Source: Oscillospiraceae bacterium
Lineage (GTDB): Bacteria > Bacillota > Clostridia > Oscillospirales > Oscillospiraceae
Direction: 5' to 3'
Length of the DNA: 32,000 nucleotides
NCBI GenBank assembly: GCA_017522015.1
Contig: JAFXAW010000006.1
Span: forward strand, 1 to 32,000
The notes beneath the pieces are model-generated. The model worked only from the letters and a program-made list of their open reading frames with translations. It was not told the DNA's origin and did no database searches. Position 1 is the first letter of the stretch. Each line of letters starts with the position of its first letter. Below, piece by piece: positions 9,536-19,344 of this stretch. The position numbers and the translations under genes were made by a program.

Positions 9536-12034
9536 ATGGCACACAACCGCAACTATAAGCCGGAGGACATTCTCTTTCCCAACCAGGTGATCACAGAGTC
9601 CAATCTGGTGCAGGAGATGGAAAATTCCTTCCTGGAATACGCTATGAGCGTCATCAAGTCCCGCGCTCTGCCGGATGTGCGGGACGGTCTCAAACCGGTG
9701 CACCGCCGCATACTTTATACGATGTATGAAAGCGGCCTGACCTCCGATAAAGCCTTTAAGAAATCCGCCACCTGTGTCGGTGACGTATTGGGTAAATACC
9801 ACCCGCACGGCGACACATCGGTTTACGATGCGATGGTGCGTCTTGCGCAGGATTTCTCCATGCGCTATATGCTGGTGGACGGCCACGGCAACTTCGGTGA
9901 CGTGGACGGCAACCCCCCCGCGGCTTACCGTTATACCGAGGCGCGCATGTCCAAAATCTCCAACGAGATGCTGCGGGATATCGACAAGGAAACTGTGGAA
10001 TGGGATCCGAACTTCGATGAAAGCCGCAAGGAGCCGCGCGTGCTGCCCAGCCGTTTTCCGAACCTGCTGGTCAACGGATCTTCCGGTATCGCCGTCGGCA
10101 TGGCCACGAATATCCCGCCGCACAATCTCCGCGAGGTGATTGATGCCTGCGTCTGCGTGATCGACAATCCGGACGCCGGCCTGCCCGAGCTGATGGAGCA
10201 CATCAAGGGGCCGGATTTCCCCACGAAGGGCATTATCATGGGACGAAGCGGCATCCGCGCTGCCTATGCCACCGGCAGAGGCAAGGTGGTTGTGCGCGCG
10301 CGAGCGGAATTTGAAGAGTTCAACAAGGACCGCACCCGCATCATCATCACCGAGCTGCCCTATCAGGTAAACAAGAAAATGCTCATCAAGAATATTGCGG
10401 AGCAGGTCAAGGATAAGCGGCTGGACGGCATCTCCGATCTGCGCGACGAGACCGACCGCAACGGCATGCGCATTGTCATCGAGCTCAAGCGTGATGCAAA
10501 TCCGCAGGTTGAGCTCAATAAGCTTTATAAGCAGACGGCGCTGCAGAGCAACTTTTCCATCATCATGCTCGCGCTGGTGGACGATCAGACGCAGCCGAAG
10601 ATCCTCTCCCTGCGGCAGATTATCGATGAGTATATCCGTTTCCAGGAGGAAGTGCTGGTCCGGCGCACGCGCTATGACCTGAAAAAGGCAAAAGAGCGCG
10701 CCCATCTGCTGGAAGGCCTGCTCATCGCGCAGGATAATATTGATGAGGTCATCCGCATCATCCGCACCAGCTATGACGAGGCGCGCGAGCGCCTGATGGA
10801 GCGCTTCAGCCTCGACGAGGTGCAGGCGCAGGCCATCCTGGATATGCGCCTTAAGGCTCTGCAGGGGCTGGATCGCGAGAAGCTGCAGGCCGAATATGAG
10901 GAGCTGGAAAAGCGCATCGCTTATTATAACAGTCTGCTCTCCGATGAGAGCCTGCTTCGCGGCGTGCTCAAAGAGGAGCTTCTCGCCATCCGGGATAAAT
11001 ATGGCGACGAGCGCCGCACCGAGATTCAGGAGGTCGAGGATGAGATCGACATCGAGGATCTCATTGTCGAGGAGCAGTGCGTCTTCACCATGACTGCCGG
11101 CGGCTATATCAAACGCACGCCCGCAAGCGAATATGTCTCTCAGGGCAAGGGCGGCATGGGCAAACGCTCCATGTCCACCCGGGATGAGGATTACGTCTGC
11201 ACGGTGTTCACCTCCTCCAGCCATGACTATATCTTCTTCTTCACGGATAAGGGACGTGTGTTCCGCAAGAAGGGCTATCAGATTCCCGAGGCGGGCAGAG
11301 CGGCCCGCGGCACGAACATCGTGAATATTCTGCAGGTGGAAGCCGGAGAAAAGGTGTCCGCCATGATCCACACCCGCTCGCTTGACAATGATGAGCTGTT
11401 CCTCACCATGATCACGCGCAACGGCACGGTCAAGCGTCTGCCCGTCTCCGCGCTCAAGCATATCCGCCAGAGCGGCATCCGCGCGCTCACGCTCGACGAG
11501 GGCGATGAGCTCATCGAGGTCAAGGAGACCGACGGCAATATGCGCATCCTCATCGCCACGCATAACGGCATGGCCGTCTGCTTCGATGAAAACGATGTGC
11601 GGCCGATGGGAAGAACCGCCGTCGGCGTACGCGGCATCCGTCTGCGGGAAGGCGACTATGTCGTGGGCGCGGCGCGTATGCACGAGGGCAAAACCGTTTT
11701 GACCATAACCGAAAACGGCTATGGAAAGCGCACGCCCGTGGAGGAATACCGCGTGACGAATCGCGGCGGCATCGGCGTGAAAAACTATGAGTGCACTGCC
11801 AAAACCGGCAAAGTCGTCGGCGTCAAGGTCGTCTCCGCGGAGGAGGACGTCCTGCTCGTGACGCAGAGCGGTATCCTCATCCGTACCGATGTGCAGGCCA
11901 TCCGCGTGGCGGGACGCGCTACGCAGGGCGTTATCGTCATGCGCTTTAAGGACGAGGAGAACCGCGTCATCGGCATTGCCCTTGCGGAGAAAGAGCCGGA
12001 GGAAGAATCCGCTGCAGGACAGACGGCAGAGTAA
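9536..12034 (+). CDS. gyrA: DNA gyrase subunit A
   Basis: 832 aa with [25 protein letters not shown], the active-site region [10 protein letters not shown], and a C-terminal beta-pinwheel repeat region. AGGAGG RBS at 9521-9526. Confidence 0.97.
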   Translation: MAHNRNYKPEDILFPNQVITESNLVQEMENSFLEYAMSVIKSRALPDVRDGLKPVHRRILYTMYESGLTSDKAFKKSATCVGDVLGKYHPHGDTSVYDAMVRLAQDFSMRYMLVDGHGNFGDVDGNPPAAYRYTEARMSKISNEMLRDIDKETVEWDPNFDESRKEPRVLPSRFPNLLVNGSSGIAVGMATNIPPHNLREVIDACVCVIDNPDAGLPELMEHIKGPDFPTKGIIMGRSGIRAAYATGRGKVVVRARAEFEEFNKDRTRIIITELPYQVNKKMLIKNIAEQVKDKRLDGISDLRDETDRNGMRIVIELKRDANPQVELNKLYKQTALQSNFSIIMLALVDDQTQPKILSLRQIIDEYIRFQEEVLVRRTRYDLKKAKERAHLLEGLLIAQDNIDEVIRIIRTSYDEARERLMERFSLDEVQAQAILDMRLKALQGLDREKLQAEYEELEKRIAYYNSLLSDESLLRGVLKEELLAIRDKYGDERRTEIQEVEDEIDIEDLIVEEQCVFTMTAGGYIKRTPASEYVSQGKGGMGKRSMSTRDEDYVCTVFTSSSHDYIFFFTDKGRVFRKKGYQIPEAGRAARGTNIVNILQVEAGEKVSAMIHTRSLDNDELFLTMITRNGTVKRLPVSALKHIRQSGIRALTLDEGDELIEVKETDGNMRILIATHNGMAVCFDENDVRPMGRTAVGVRGIRLREGDYVVGAARMHEGKTVLTITENGYGKRTPVEEYRVTNRGGIGVKNYECTAKTGKVVGVKVVSAEEDVLLVTQSGILIRTDVQAIRVAGRATQGVIVMRFKDEENRVIGIALAEKEPEEESAAGQTAE

Positions 12035-12040
12035 GCGCCG

Positions 12041-12069
12041 TTGACTTTTTCCGCTAAACGCTGTATAGT
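12041..12069 (+). promoter_or_regulatory. SigA-type promoter candidate for hemW (TTGACT-N17-TATAGT)
   Basis: TTGACT at 12041-12046, a 17-nt spacer, and TATAGT at 12064-12069. It lies ~30 nt upstream of the hemW ATG. Confidence 0.5.
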
Positions 12070-12099
12070 ACAAAGTCCAATCTAAAAGGATCGTTTTCT

Positions 12100-13317
12100 A
12101 TGGACAAAACCCTTGGAATTTATATTCATCTGCCGTTTTGTGCCAGCCGCTGCCAGTATTGCGATTTCTGTTCGACGGCGGGCGAGCCGAGAAAAATGTC
12201 GAAATATCAGGAAGCGCTGCTCACCCATATCCGGGAGAGCACGCAGGCGCTCTCGCCTTATCTGATTGACACGGTGTATTTCGGCGGCGGCACGCCGAGC
12301 TATTACGGCGCAAGACGCATTGTGGAGCTGCTTACCGAGCTGAAAACCTGCGGCAATGTGCTCAAAAGTGCGGAAATCACCGTCGAATGCAATCCGGACA
12401 GTATGAAGCAGGGAGATTTGAAGGCCCTGCGCAAGGCGGGCGTAAACCGCCTGAGCATCGGCATGCAGTCGGCAAATGACGACATTTTGAAGCTCATCGG
12501 CCGGCGGCACAACTTTGCGCAGGTGGAAAAAGGCGTTGCAATGGCGCGCAAAGCGGGCTTTGACAACATCAGCCTTGATCTGATCTACGGACTGCCGAGT
12601 CAGACGCCCGGAGACTGGGCAGAGAGCCTCAGCCGTGCCCTCGCGCTCAGGCCGGAGCATCTGAGCTGCTACGGGCTCAAGCTTGAAGAGGGCACGCCGA
12701 TGTACAAGTACAAGGACAGCCCCTTCCTCCCGACGGAGGATGAGCAGGCGGATATGTACCTCTACACGGTGGAGACGCTGCAGAGCTTTGGCTACGCGCA
12801 GTATGAGATCAGCAACTTTTCCCTGCGCGGCTATGAATCGCGCCACAATCTGAAATACTGGATGCTCGATGAGTACATGAGCTTCGGCGCATCGGCACAC
12901 TCCTTCGTCAGCGACACGCGCTACAGCTATGTGGCGGATATGCAGGGCTATGTTGACGGTGTGATGGGCGTGCCCGGGGCAAAACTGCTTGACGAGTTTG
13001 AGCGCTGCACCCCGCAGAGTCTCGCAGCGGAGTATCTCATGCTCGGCATGCGTACCACGCGCGGCATCTCGCGCGAGGAGTACCGTTCGATCTATCTCAG
13101 CGAATTTGATGATGTGGAGCGGCTCCTGCGGAAATATGTAAAAAAAGGCTGGGCCGTTGAGGAAAAAGGCCATTGGCATTTCACAACCACAGGTTTCCTG
13201 GTTTCCAACCCGCTCATCGGCGCGCTGCTGGAAGCGCAGGCGCAGCAGAAACTCAGCGCCTTCCCCTGGCTGGGGGACGACGAGGAGGAGACGGCCGCAA
13301 CAGCGGCGCGGGAATGA
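12100..13317 (+). CDS. hemW: radical SAM heme chaperone HemW (oxygen-independent coproporphyrinogen-III oxidase-like)
   Basis: 405 aa. YIHLPFCASRCQYCDFC carries the CxxxCxxC radical-SAM cluster motif, followed by TVYFGGGTPS and NRLSIGMQS. The family pattern is HemN-like/HemW. Confidence 0.85.
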   Translation: MDKTLGIYIHLPFCASRCQYCDFCSTAGEPRKMSKYQEALLTHIRESTQALSPYLIDTVYFGGGTPSYYGARRIVELLTELKTCGNVLKSAEITVECNPDSMKQGDLKALRKAGVNRLSIGMQSANDDILKLIGRRHNFAQVEKGVAMARKAGFDNISLDLIYGLPSQTPGDWAESLSRALALRPEHLSCYGLKLEEGTPMYKYKDSPFLPTEDEQADMYLYTVETLQSFGYAQYEISNFSLRGYESRHNLKYWMLDEYMSFGASAHSFVSDTRYSYVADMQGYVDGVMGVPGAKLLDEFERCTPQSLAAEYLMLGMRTTRGISREEYRSIYLSEFDDVERLLRKYVKKGWAVEEKGHWHFTTTGFLVSNPLIGALLEAQAQQKLSAFPWLGDDEEETAATAARE

Positions 13318-13353
13318 CGTAAACCGCGTTCATGCGGAACAGAGGTTTGATTT

Positions 13354-15171
13354 ATGACAAAGAATAAGGGCAAAAGAACAAAGAATGGGAAGAAAAATGC
13401 CCGTTCTATGGGCTGGATCGCAGCTCCGATTGCGGCCGGAGTTCTGATTCTGGCGACAATCGTAGTCTGCGTCTGTGCGCGGTTTGAGACGGGGATCTAT
13501 CCCGGCGTGCGCATGGAGGGCGTGGAGCTCGGCGGCATGTCGCCCGTCGAGGCGGCCGACGCGTTGCGCGAGAGCGGCATAATCCGGGATGAAAAAATCA
13601 CCCTCACGGTGAACTTGCCGGCGGACAATCAGCTTGTCGTTGACGCCGCGCTGGCCGGCGCAGTGCCGAGTGCAGAGAGTGCGGCGACGACGGCCTATAA
13701 CTATGGCCGCAGCAAGGGCTTCCTGGGCCGCGGCTTTGCCTGGCTGCGCGGAAAGCTGGGAGGCGTGGCGCTTAGCGTTGCGGACGGAGAGGCGATTCTG
13801 GATGAAGAATACATTCGTCAGTGCGTCAAGGAGGCTGCCGCCCGGGCGGATGAAGACCTGATGGGCAGCGATATGCAGATCGGCGAGGAGGAAATCCAGC
13901 TCATCAAAGGCATCGGTCAGGTGCTTGTGGATGAGGAGGCGCTGTGCGCCGATGTGATGGCCGCGCTGCAAAACAGGGACTTCACGGGATTTTCTTACAT
14001 ACCCGAGATGGTCGGGGATGAGGGCATTGATCTGGCTGTACTGCGCGAGAAGATTAGAACCGAAGCACAGGATGCCGTTTTTGATAAGGAAACCGGCGTT
14101 TCCGACCATGTTGTCGGGCGTGACTTTGATCTGGAAGCAGCGCAAAAGCTTTGGGATGAAACCGAGCTGGGCGAGATGATGGTCATTCCCCTCATTCTCA
14201 CGCAGCCGGAGGTAACACGCGAGTGGCTGGAGGATAAGCTCTTTGCCGATGAACTCGGCAAGATGGTCACCTCACTCGGCAGCAGCAATGCCAACCGTCT
14301 GAACAACATTCAGCTTGCCTGCGCCGCCATTGACGGTTTGATTCTCATGCCGGGCGAGGAGTTTTCCTACAATGGGGTGGTCGGTGAGCGCACCACCGCG
14401 CGCGGATATAAAGCCGCGGGTGCTTACAGCGGCGGCAAGGTCGTCCTGGAGGTTGGCGGCGGCATCTGCCAGGTCAGCACGACGCTTTATTGCGCCGCGG
14501 TTTACGCCAATCTGCAGATTACCAACCGCCTCTGCCATAACATGACCGTGTCCTATGTGCCTACGGGTATGGATGCAACGGTGAGCTGGGGCGGGCCGGA
14601 TTTTAGATTTGTCAACAGCCGGGAATATCCCATTAAGATCAAGACCAACGTGGATGTGGATGAGTGGACCGTGGAAATCTCCGTCTGGGGCACGGATACC
14701 GACGGCAGCTATGTGAAATTCACTTCTGCGGCCTGGCCAATCTATGATAAGGATGGCGAAGAGGACGGCTACGGCGCGGTCAGCTATCGCGAAGTGTACA
14801 GTGCGGATGGTGTGCTGCTTTCCCGGACGAAGGAGGCAGACAGCCGCTACTATTTGGAGGACAAGGAAGAAGAGGAAGATGAGGAAGAGGAAGATCCGGA
14901 GCCCAGCCCGAGCCCGGAACCGAGTCCGGAACCCAGTCCCGAGCCCAGTCCGGAACCGAGCCCCGAGCCGAGTCCGGAGCCGAGTCCCGAGCCGAGTCCG
15001 GAACCGAGCCCCGAGCCGAGCCCCGAGCCGAGCCCGGAACCGAGTCCGGAGCCGAGCCCCGAACCGAGTCCCGAGCCGATCCCTGAGCCGAGTCCCGAAC
15101 CAAGTCCCGAGCCGATCCCTGAGCCGAGTCCCGAACCAAGTCCTGAACCCACCGATCCGGTGGATGCTTAA
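13354..15171 (+). CDS. VanW-family membrane-anchored protein with a C-terminal acidic/(PEPS)n low-complexity tail
   Basis: 605 aa. Lys-rich N-terminus followed by a TM segment (WIAAPIAAGVLILATIVVCVCA). VanW core GGGICQVSTTLYCAAVYANLQITNRLCHNMTVSYVPTGMDATVSWGGPDFRFVNS. Tail runs EDKEEEEDEEEEDPEPSPSPEPSPEPS... Confidence 0.85.
   Translation: MTKNKGKRTKNGKKNARSMGWIAAPIAAGVLILATIVVCVCARFETGIYPGVRMEGVELGGMSPVEAADALRESGIIRDEKITLTVNLPADNQLVVDAALAGAVPSAESAATTAYNYGRSKGFLGRGFAWLRGKLGGVALSVADGEAILDEEYIRQCVKEAAARADEDLMGSDMQIGEEEIQLIKGIGQVLVDEEALCADVMAALQNRDFTGFSYIPEMVGDEGIDLAVLREKIRTEAQDAVFDKETGVSDHVVGRDFDLEAAQKLWDETELGEMMVIPLILTQPEVTREWLEDKLFADELGKMVTSLGSSNANRLNNIQLACAAIDGLILMPGEEFSYNGVVGERTTARGYKAAGAYSGGKVVLEVGGGICQVSTTLYCAAVYANLQITNRLCHNMTVSYVPTGMDATVSWGGPDFRFVNSREYPIKIKTNVDVDEWTVEISVWGTDTDGSYVKFTSAAWPIYDKDGEEDGYGAVSYREVYSADGVLLSRTKEADSRYYLEDKEEEEDEEEEDPEPSPSPEPSPEPSPEPSPEPSPEPSPEPSPEPSPEPSPEPSPEPSPEPSPEPSPEPSPEPIPEPSPEPSPEPIPEPSPEPSPEPTDPVDA
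14896..15150 (+). repeat. in-frame 12-bp tandem repeat (~21 units) encoding (Pro-Glu-Pro-Ser)n
   Basis: Units such as ccggaaccgagt, ccggaacccagt, cccgagcccagt and ccggagccgagt differ almost only at synonymous positions. Two units read PEPI. All six reading frames are open across the repeat. Confidence 0.9.
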
Positions 15172-15202
15172 TGATACAGGAAAACACAGGAGAGAAGTAA
15201 AA

Positions 15203-16780
15203 ATGGAAAACAAGGGAAAGTATTATCTGTCTACCGCCATCGCCTACACCAGCGGTAAGCCGCACATCGGCAACACCTATGAGATCGTGCTGGCGGATGC
15301 CATCTGCCGCTTCAAGCGTTTGGAGGGCTATGACGTGTATTTCCAGACCGGCACCGACGAGCACGGTCAGAAGATTCAGGAAAAGGCCGAGGCACAGGGC
15401 GTCACGCCGCAGGCCTTCGTGGACGACGTCGCCGGCGAGATCCGCCGCATTTGGGACGTGATGAACACGAGCTATGACCGCTTCGTGCGTACCACGGAGC
15501 CGAAGCACGAAAAGCAGGTGCAGAAGATCTTCCGCAAGCTCTATGAGCAGGGAGATATCTACAAGGGCAAGTACGAGGGCTGGTACTGTGTGCCGGACGA
15601 GTCCTTCTTCACGGAGGGACAGCTTGTGGACGGAAAGTGCCCCGACTGCGGCCGCGAGGTTATCTGGGCAGAGGAAGAGGCTTACTTCTTCCGCATGAGC
15701 AAGTATGCCGATCAGCTCATCGAGCACATTGAGAAGCATCCGGAATTCATCCAGCCGGAGGGACGCCGCAACGAGATGCTCAACAACTTCCTGCGCCCGG
15801 GTCTGCAGGATCTCTGCGTATCCCGCACCAGCTTCACCTGGGGCATCCCGGTGGACTTTGATCCGAAGCATGTCATCTATGTGTGGATCGACGCGCTTTC
15901 CAACTATATCACCCTGCCCGGCTACGATGTGGACGGCGAGTGTGGAGAAGTTTATAAGAAATACTGGCCGGCGGATGTGCATCTGATCGGCAAGGACATT
16001 CTGCGTTTCCACACGATTTATTGGCCCATTATGCTTTTGGCGCTGGGGCTCGAGCTGCCGAAGCAGATTTTCGGCCATCCGTGGCTGCTTATGGGCGACG
16101 GCAAGATGAGCAAATCCAAAGGCAACGTCGTTTATGCCGACGATCTGGTGGATCTGTTCGGCGTGGACGCTGTGCGTTACTATCTGCTGCATGAGATGCC
16201 TTTCGCCTCGGACGGTACGCTCACGCATGAGCTGATTATCGAGCGCGTCAACTCCGACCTGGCCAACATTCTCGGTAACCTGGTCAACCGCAGCATCAGC
16301 ATGTGCAACAAGTATTCCGCGGGCGTGCTCTCCGACCATGCCTGCGCCGGTGAGTTTGACAGCGAGCTCATCGAGCTGGCGCTGGCCACGCCGGCGCGTG
16401 CTGCGGCGAAGATGAAGGAGCTGCGCGTGGCGGACGCCATCGACGAAATCTTCACGCTGCTGCGCCGCGCGAACAAGTATGTCGACGAGACAACGCCGTG
16501 GATCCTCGGCAAGGATCCGGAGCAGAAGGAGCGCCTGGATACGGTGCTCTACAACCTGCTTGAGACCATCCGCATCGCCGCGACGCTGCTCAAGCCCTTC
16601 CTGCCGGAGACGGCGGAGCGCATCTTCCAGCAGCTGAACATCGAGCCCAGCACCTGGGACGATCTGGACACTTTCGGTTACCTGCCCGCCGGACACACCG
16701 TCGGCAAGCCGGAAATCCTCTTTGCCCGCATCGACAAGGCCAAGAAGCTTCAGGAGATTCAGGAGAAGCAGGCAAACTAA
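15203..16780 (+). CDS. metG: methionine--tRNA ligase (short form, no C-terminal tRNA-binding domain)
   Basis: MENKGKYYLSTAIAYTSGKPHIGNTYE (HIGH-type motif), zinc knuckle CPDCGREV, and KMSKS (GDGKMSKSKGN). AGGAGAG RBS at 15189-15195. The track ORF start 14744 is an artefact of the open repeat. Confidence 0.95.
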   Translation: MENKGKYYLSTAIAYTSGKPHIGNTYEIVLADAICRFKRLEGYDVYFQTGTDEHGQKIQEKAEAQGVTPQAFVDDVAGEIRRIWDVMNTSYDRFVRTTEPKHEKQVQKIFRKLYEQGDIYKGKYEGWYCVPDESFFTEGQLVDGKCPDCGREVIWAEEEAYFFRMSKYADQLIEHIEKHPEFIQPEGRRNEMLNNFLRPGLQDLCVSRTSFTWGIPVDFDPKHVIYVWIDALSNYITLPGYDVDGECGEVYKKYWPADVHLIGKDILRFHTIYWPIMLLALGLELPKQIFGHPWLLMGDGKMSKSKGNVVYADDLVDLFGVDAVRYYLLHEMPFASDGTLTHELIIERVNSDLANILGNLVNRSISMCNKYSAGVLSDHACAGEFDSELIELALATPARAAAKMKELRVADAIDEIFTLLRRANKYVDETTPWILGKDPEQKERLDTVLYNLLETIRIAATLLKPFLPETAERIFQQLNIEPSTWDDLDTFGYLPAGHTVGKPEILFARIDKAKKLQEIQEKQAN

Positions 16781-16797
16781 GGATTATAAAGAGAAAA

Positions 16798-16828
16798 GCG
16801 CGTGCCGCAGAAGCGGCGCGCGCTTTTT
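16798..16828. terminator. bidirectional rho-independent terminator between convergent metG and nth
   Basis: An 11-bp GC-rich stem pairs gcgcgtgccgc (16798-16808) with gcggcgcgcgc (16813-16823) around loop agaa. T5 follows at 16824-16828 and an A4 tract precedes it, so there is a U-run on either strand. Confidence 0.7.
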
Positions 16829-16911
16829 CTGTGTGTATCTAAAAGCTTTGTCTGTTGTGAGGGCGCGAAAGCCCTGTGGAACGCTGTTTTTCCAATCCGC
16901 AGTGCAGCTTC

Positions 16912-17547
16912 CTATTCTCCGGAAAACTCCCGACAGAACTGCCGGATGCAGCAGCCTGCGCAATTCGGCTTTCGCGCGGCGCAGACGGCGCGTCCGTGCA
17001 GCACGATGCGGTGGCATAAATCCGAGCTCTTCTCCGGCGGCAGCACCGCGCGGAGCAGCTTTTCGATTTTCACCGGGTCTTTCTCTCCGTCGACCAGCCC
17101 GATGCGGTTGGAAAGGCGGATGCAGTGCGTGTCCACCACCACGGCGGGCTGACCGAAAATATCCCCGAGGATGAGGTTCGCTGTCTTGCGGCCGACGCCG
17201 GGCAGGGCCGTGAGCGCCTCCATCGTGTCCGGCACCTTTCCGCCGTGCTTTTCCAGAAGCATCCGCGCGCAAAGGACGATGTCCTTTGCCTTCGCCCGGA
17301 AAAATCCGCAGGAATGGATGTAAGGCTCAACCTCCTCCGGCTCGGCGGCGGCAAAAGCCTCCAGACTCGGAAAGCGCGCAAACAGCGCGGGCGTGACAAG
17401 ATTGACGCGCGCGTCCGTGCATTGGGCGGACAGGCGAACGGCAAACAGCAGCTCGTAGTCCTTCTCGTAGTGCAGCGCACACTCGGCCAGCGGATATTCT
17501 GTTTCAAGCGCGAGGATGATTCCCTCGATCTGTTCCGGTGTACGCAT
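16912..17547 (-). CDS. nth: endonuclease III (DNA glycosylase/AP lyase)
   Basis: 211 aa starting MRTPEQIEGIILALETEYP. HhH-GPD region LPGVGRKTANLILGD and 4Fe-4S motif CAARKPNCAGCCIRQFC (C-x6-C-x2-C-x5-C). AAGGAG RBS 8 nt upstream of ATG 17547. The track start 17817 is an upstream extension. Confidence 0.9.
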   Translation of the reverse strand: MRTPEQIEGIILALETEYPLAECALHYEKDYELLFAVRLSAQCTDARVNLVTPALFARFPSLEAFAAAEPEEVEPYIHSCGFFRAKAKDIVLCARMLLEKHGGKVPDTMEALTALPGVGRKTANLILGDIFGQPAVVVDTHCIRLSNRIGLVDGEKDPVKIEKLLRAVLPPEKSSDLCHRIVLHGRAVCAARKPNCAGCCIRQFCREFSGE

Positions 17548-17632
17548 GGGCAGCGCTCCTTTCCCTGCAATTCCTTTGCTTACAGCATAGCACATTTTGC
17601 GAAAAAACGAAAGCCTTTTTCCGATTCCGTCA

Positions 17633-17661
17633 TTGTAAACGGAGCGCGGACAAGGTATAAT
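17633..17661 (+). promoter_or_regulatory. SigA-type promoter candidate upstream of rarA (TTGTAA-N17-TATAAT)
   Basis: TTGTAA at 17633-17638, a 17-nt spacer, and a perfect TATAAT at 17656-17661. If used, it implies a ~150-nt leader before rarA. Confidence 0.4.
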
Positions 17662-17819
17662 AACCGCAGCGATTCCTGCGATTATCGCTTTTGGCGGCGG
17701 CTTCGCCGATATAAGAGCCTCGCGGGCGGACAGCCCCGCAAAAATGCCCGTGCAGGCGAGCGATTTTGATTTGAAATATAAAGAACACAGAGGTGTGCAG
17801 AAAAGGAGGCGCGGCAAAT

Positions 17820-19091
17820 ATGGCGGAATACAGACCGCTGGCGGATCTCATCCGTCCCGACTCATTGAGCGACGTGGTCGGGCAGGCGCATATTCTCGGC
17901 GAGGACGGACTGCTGCGCCGCATTATCGAAAGCGGCGAAGTGCCGAATATGATTTTCTATGGGCCGTCCGGCACGGGCAAGACGACGGTTGCAAACATCA
18001 TCGCGAAGAAAACCCACCGTGTGCTGCACCGTCTCAACGCCACCACCGCGGGCATTGCGGACATCAAGGCCATCATCGATGAGCTGGACACCTTTCTCGC
18101 GCCCGGCGGCGTGCTGCTCTATCTGGACGAGATCCAATATTTCAACAAAAAGCAGCAGCAGAGTCTGTTGGAGTTTATCGAAACGGGAAAAATCATCCTC
18201 ATCGCGTCCACAACGGAAAATCCGTATTTCTATGTATACAATGCAATTTTGAGCCGCAGCACCGTGTTTGAGTTCAAACAGGTGCCGCCGCAGGCGCTGG
18301 AACCGGCCGTCGAGCGCGCCATCCGGCTCATGGGAGAGAGAAATGGTCTCGAACCCGACGCGGAGGAGGGCGTTGTGCAGCTCGTGGCCGAGCAGTGCGG
18401 CGGCGACGTGCGCAAGGCGATCAACGCCGTGGAGCTTCTGTTTTCCGCGGGCAGACGCGTCGGCGGGAAGATCCGGCTTTTGCTGGAAGACGCAAAGCAG
18501 GCGACGCAGCGCAGCGCCATGCGCTATGACCGGGACGGCGACACGCATTTCGATGTGGTCTCCGCGTTGATGAAATCCATGCGCGGCTCCGACCCGGATG
18601 CGGCGCTGCACTATCTGGCGCGGCTGCTGGAGGCAGGCGATCTTGCCGGCGCCTGCCGGAGGATCCTCTGCTCGGCGAGTGAGGACATTGGCCTTGCCTA
18701 TCCGCAGGCGGCGGCCATTGTCAAGTCCTGCGTGGACAGCGCGCTGCAGCTTGGCATGCCCGAAGCCCGCTTGCCGCTGGCGGAGGCGGTGATCCTGCTG
18801 GCGACCGCGCCGAAGAGCAACACCGGCTGCGTCGCCATTGACCGGGCTTTGGCCGATGTGCGCGCGGGTAAGGCCGGCCCCATCCCGCGGGAGATGCAGA
18901 ATGTGCATGCCGATGGAACGGGCTTTGAGCGCGAGCAGGGCTATAAGTATCCCCACAGCTATCCGAACCGCTGGGTAAAGCAACAGTATCTCCCGGACAA
19001 CCTCAAAGACGCTGTGTACTATGAATACGGCGATAACAAGACCGAGCAGGCGGCGAAGGTCTACTGGGATCTCATCAAGGGGGGCGAGTGA
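17820..19091 (+). CDS. rarA: replication-associated recombination protein A (RarA/MgsA AAA+ ATPase)
   Basis: MAEYRPLADLIRPDSLSDVVGQAHILGEDGLLRRII, Walker A GPSGTGKTT, Walker B LLYLDEIQYFNK, and the C-terminal MgsA region ALHYLARLLEAGD. AAGGAGG RBS at about 17803-17809. Confidence 0.9.
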   Translation: MAEYRPLADLIRPDSLSDVVGQAHILGEDGLLRRIIESGEVPNMIFYGPSGTGKTTVANIIAKKTHRVLHRLNATTAGIADIKAIIDELDTFLAPGGVLLYLDEIQYFNKKQQQSLLEFIETGKIILIASTTENPYFYVYNAILSRSTVFEFKQVPPQALEPAVERAIRLMGERNGLEPDAEEGVVQLVAEQCGGDVRKAINAVELLFSAGRRVGGKIRLLLEDAKQATQRSAMRYDRDGDTHFDVVSALMKSMRGSDPDAALHYLARLLEAGDLAGACRRILCSASEDIGLAYPQAAAIVKSCVDSALQLGMPEARLPLAEAVILLATAPKSNTGCVAIDRALADVRAGKAGPIPREMQNVHADGTGFEREQGYKYPHSYPNRWVKQQYLPDNLKDAVYYEYGDNKTEQAAKVYWDLIKGGE

Positions 19092-19092
19092 G

Positions 19093-19281
19093 ATGGATGT
19101 GCGAGTTGGCGACGTGCTCACCATGAAAAAGACGCATCCCTGCGGCAGCGTCCGCTGGGAGGTGCTGCGCACGGGGGCGGATTTCCGGCTGAAATGTCTC
19201 GGCTGCGGGCACGAAGTCTTTGGACCCCGGCTGAAATTTGAAAAAAACATCAAAAAACTTGAGCGGCCGCAGGTTGAATAA
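19093..19281 (+). CDS. DUF951 family small protein
   Basis: 62 aa: MDVRVGDVLTMKKTHPCGSVRWEVLRTGADFRLKCLGCGHEVFGPRLKFEKNIKKL. This fits the HPCG...C..C pattern of DUF951. The ATG is 1 nt after the rarA stop, so the two genes are probably translationally coupled. Confidence 0.8.
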   Translation: MDVRVGDVLTMKKTHPCGSVRWEVLRTGADFRLKCLGCGHEVFGPRLKFEKNIKKLERPQVE

Positions 19282-19303
19282 GTGTGTCGTTCAACAGGGA
19301 AAA

Positions 19304-19344
19304 AGCGGATGGAGGAAGTCAGATTCTCCATCTGCTTTTTGTTT
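19304..19344 (+). terminator. rho-independent terminator after rarA-DUF951
   Basis: Stem agcggatggag (19304-19314) pairs with ctccatctgct (19326-19336), including one G:U pair. It is followed by tttt-g-ttt. Confidence 0.7.

Noticed and set aside
7581-12034. Inteins or introns in gyrB or gyrA (dnaK and dnaN were also checked)
   Set aside because: All these proteins have ordinary lengths, and the conserved motifs are contiguous with no inserted blocks.
7422-12073. 706-aa and 851-aa minus-strand ORFs opposite gyrB and gyrA
   Set aside because: The same antisense-shadow explanation applies. The sense strands encode unmistakable gyrase subunits.
12082-13179. 365-aa minus-strand ORF opposite hemW. 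The same pattern holds for the 638-aa ORF opposite metG (14780-16696) and the 558-aa ORF opposite rarA (17862-19538).
   Set aside because: These are codon-aligned antisense shadows with low-complexity, Arg/Ala/His-rich translations.
14850-15152. 100-aa (GSGL)n minus-strand ORF, and the possibility that the repeat is a CRISPR array
   Set aside because: It is the reverse-frame reading of the PEPS repeat. The period is 12 bp with no spacers, and the repeat is in frame inside a VanW CDS, so it is not a CRISPR array.
14744-15202. 153-codon N-terminal extension of the metG ORF (RNRVRNPVPSPV...)
   Set aside because: The frame is open only because the 12-bp PEPS repeat has no stops in any frame. 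The real metG start at 15203 has an RBS and the expected N-terminus.
15172-15202. A T-box leader expected upstream of metG
   Set aside because: Only 31 nt separate the VanW stop from the metG ATG, which leaves no room for a T-box. metG is probably co-transcribed with the upstream genes.
17548-17817. 90-codon upstream extension of nth
   Set aside because: The extension has no homology. The conserved endonuclease III N-terminus starts at ATG 17547, with AAGGAG upstream.
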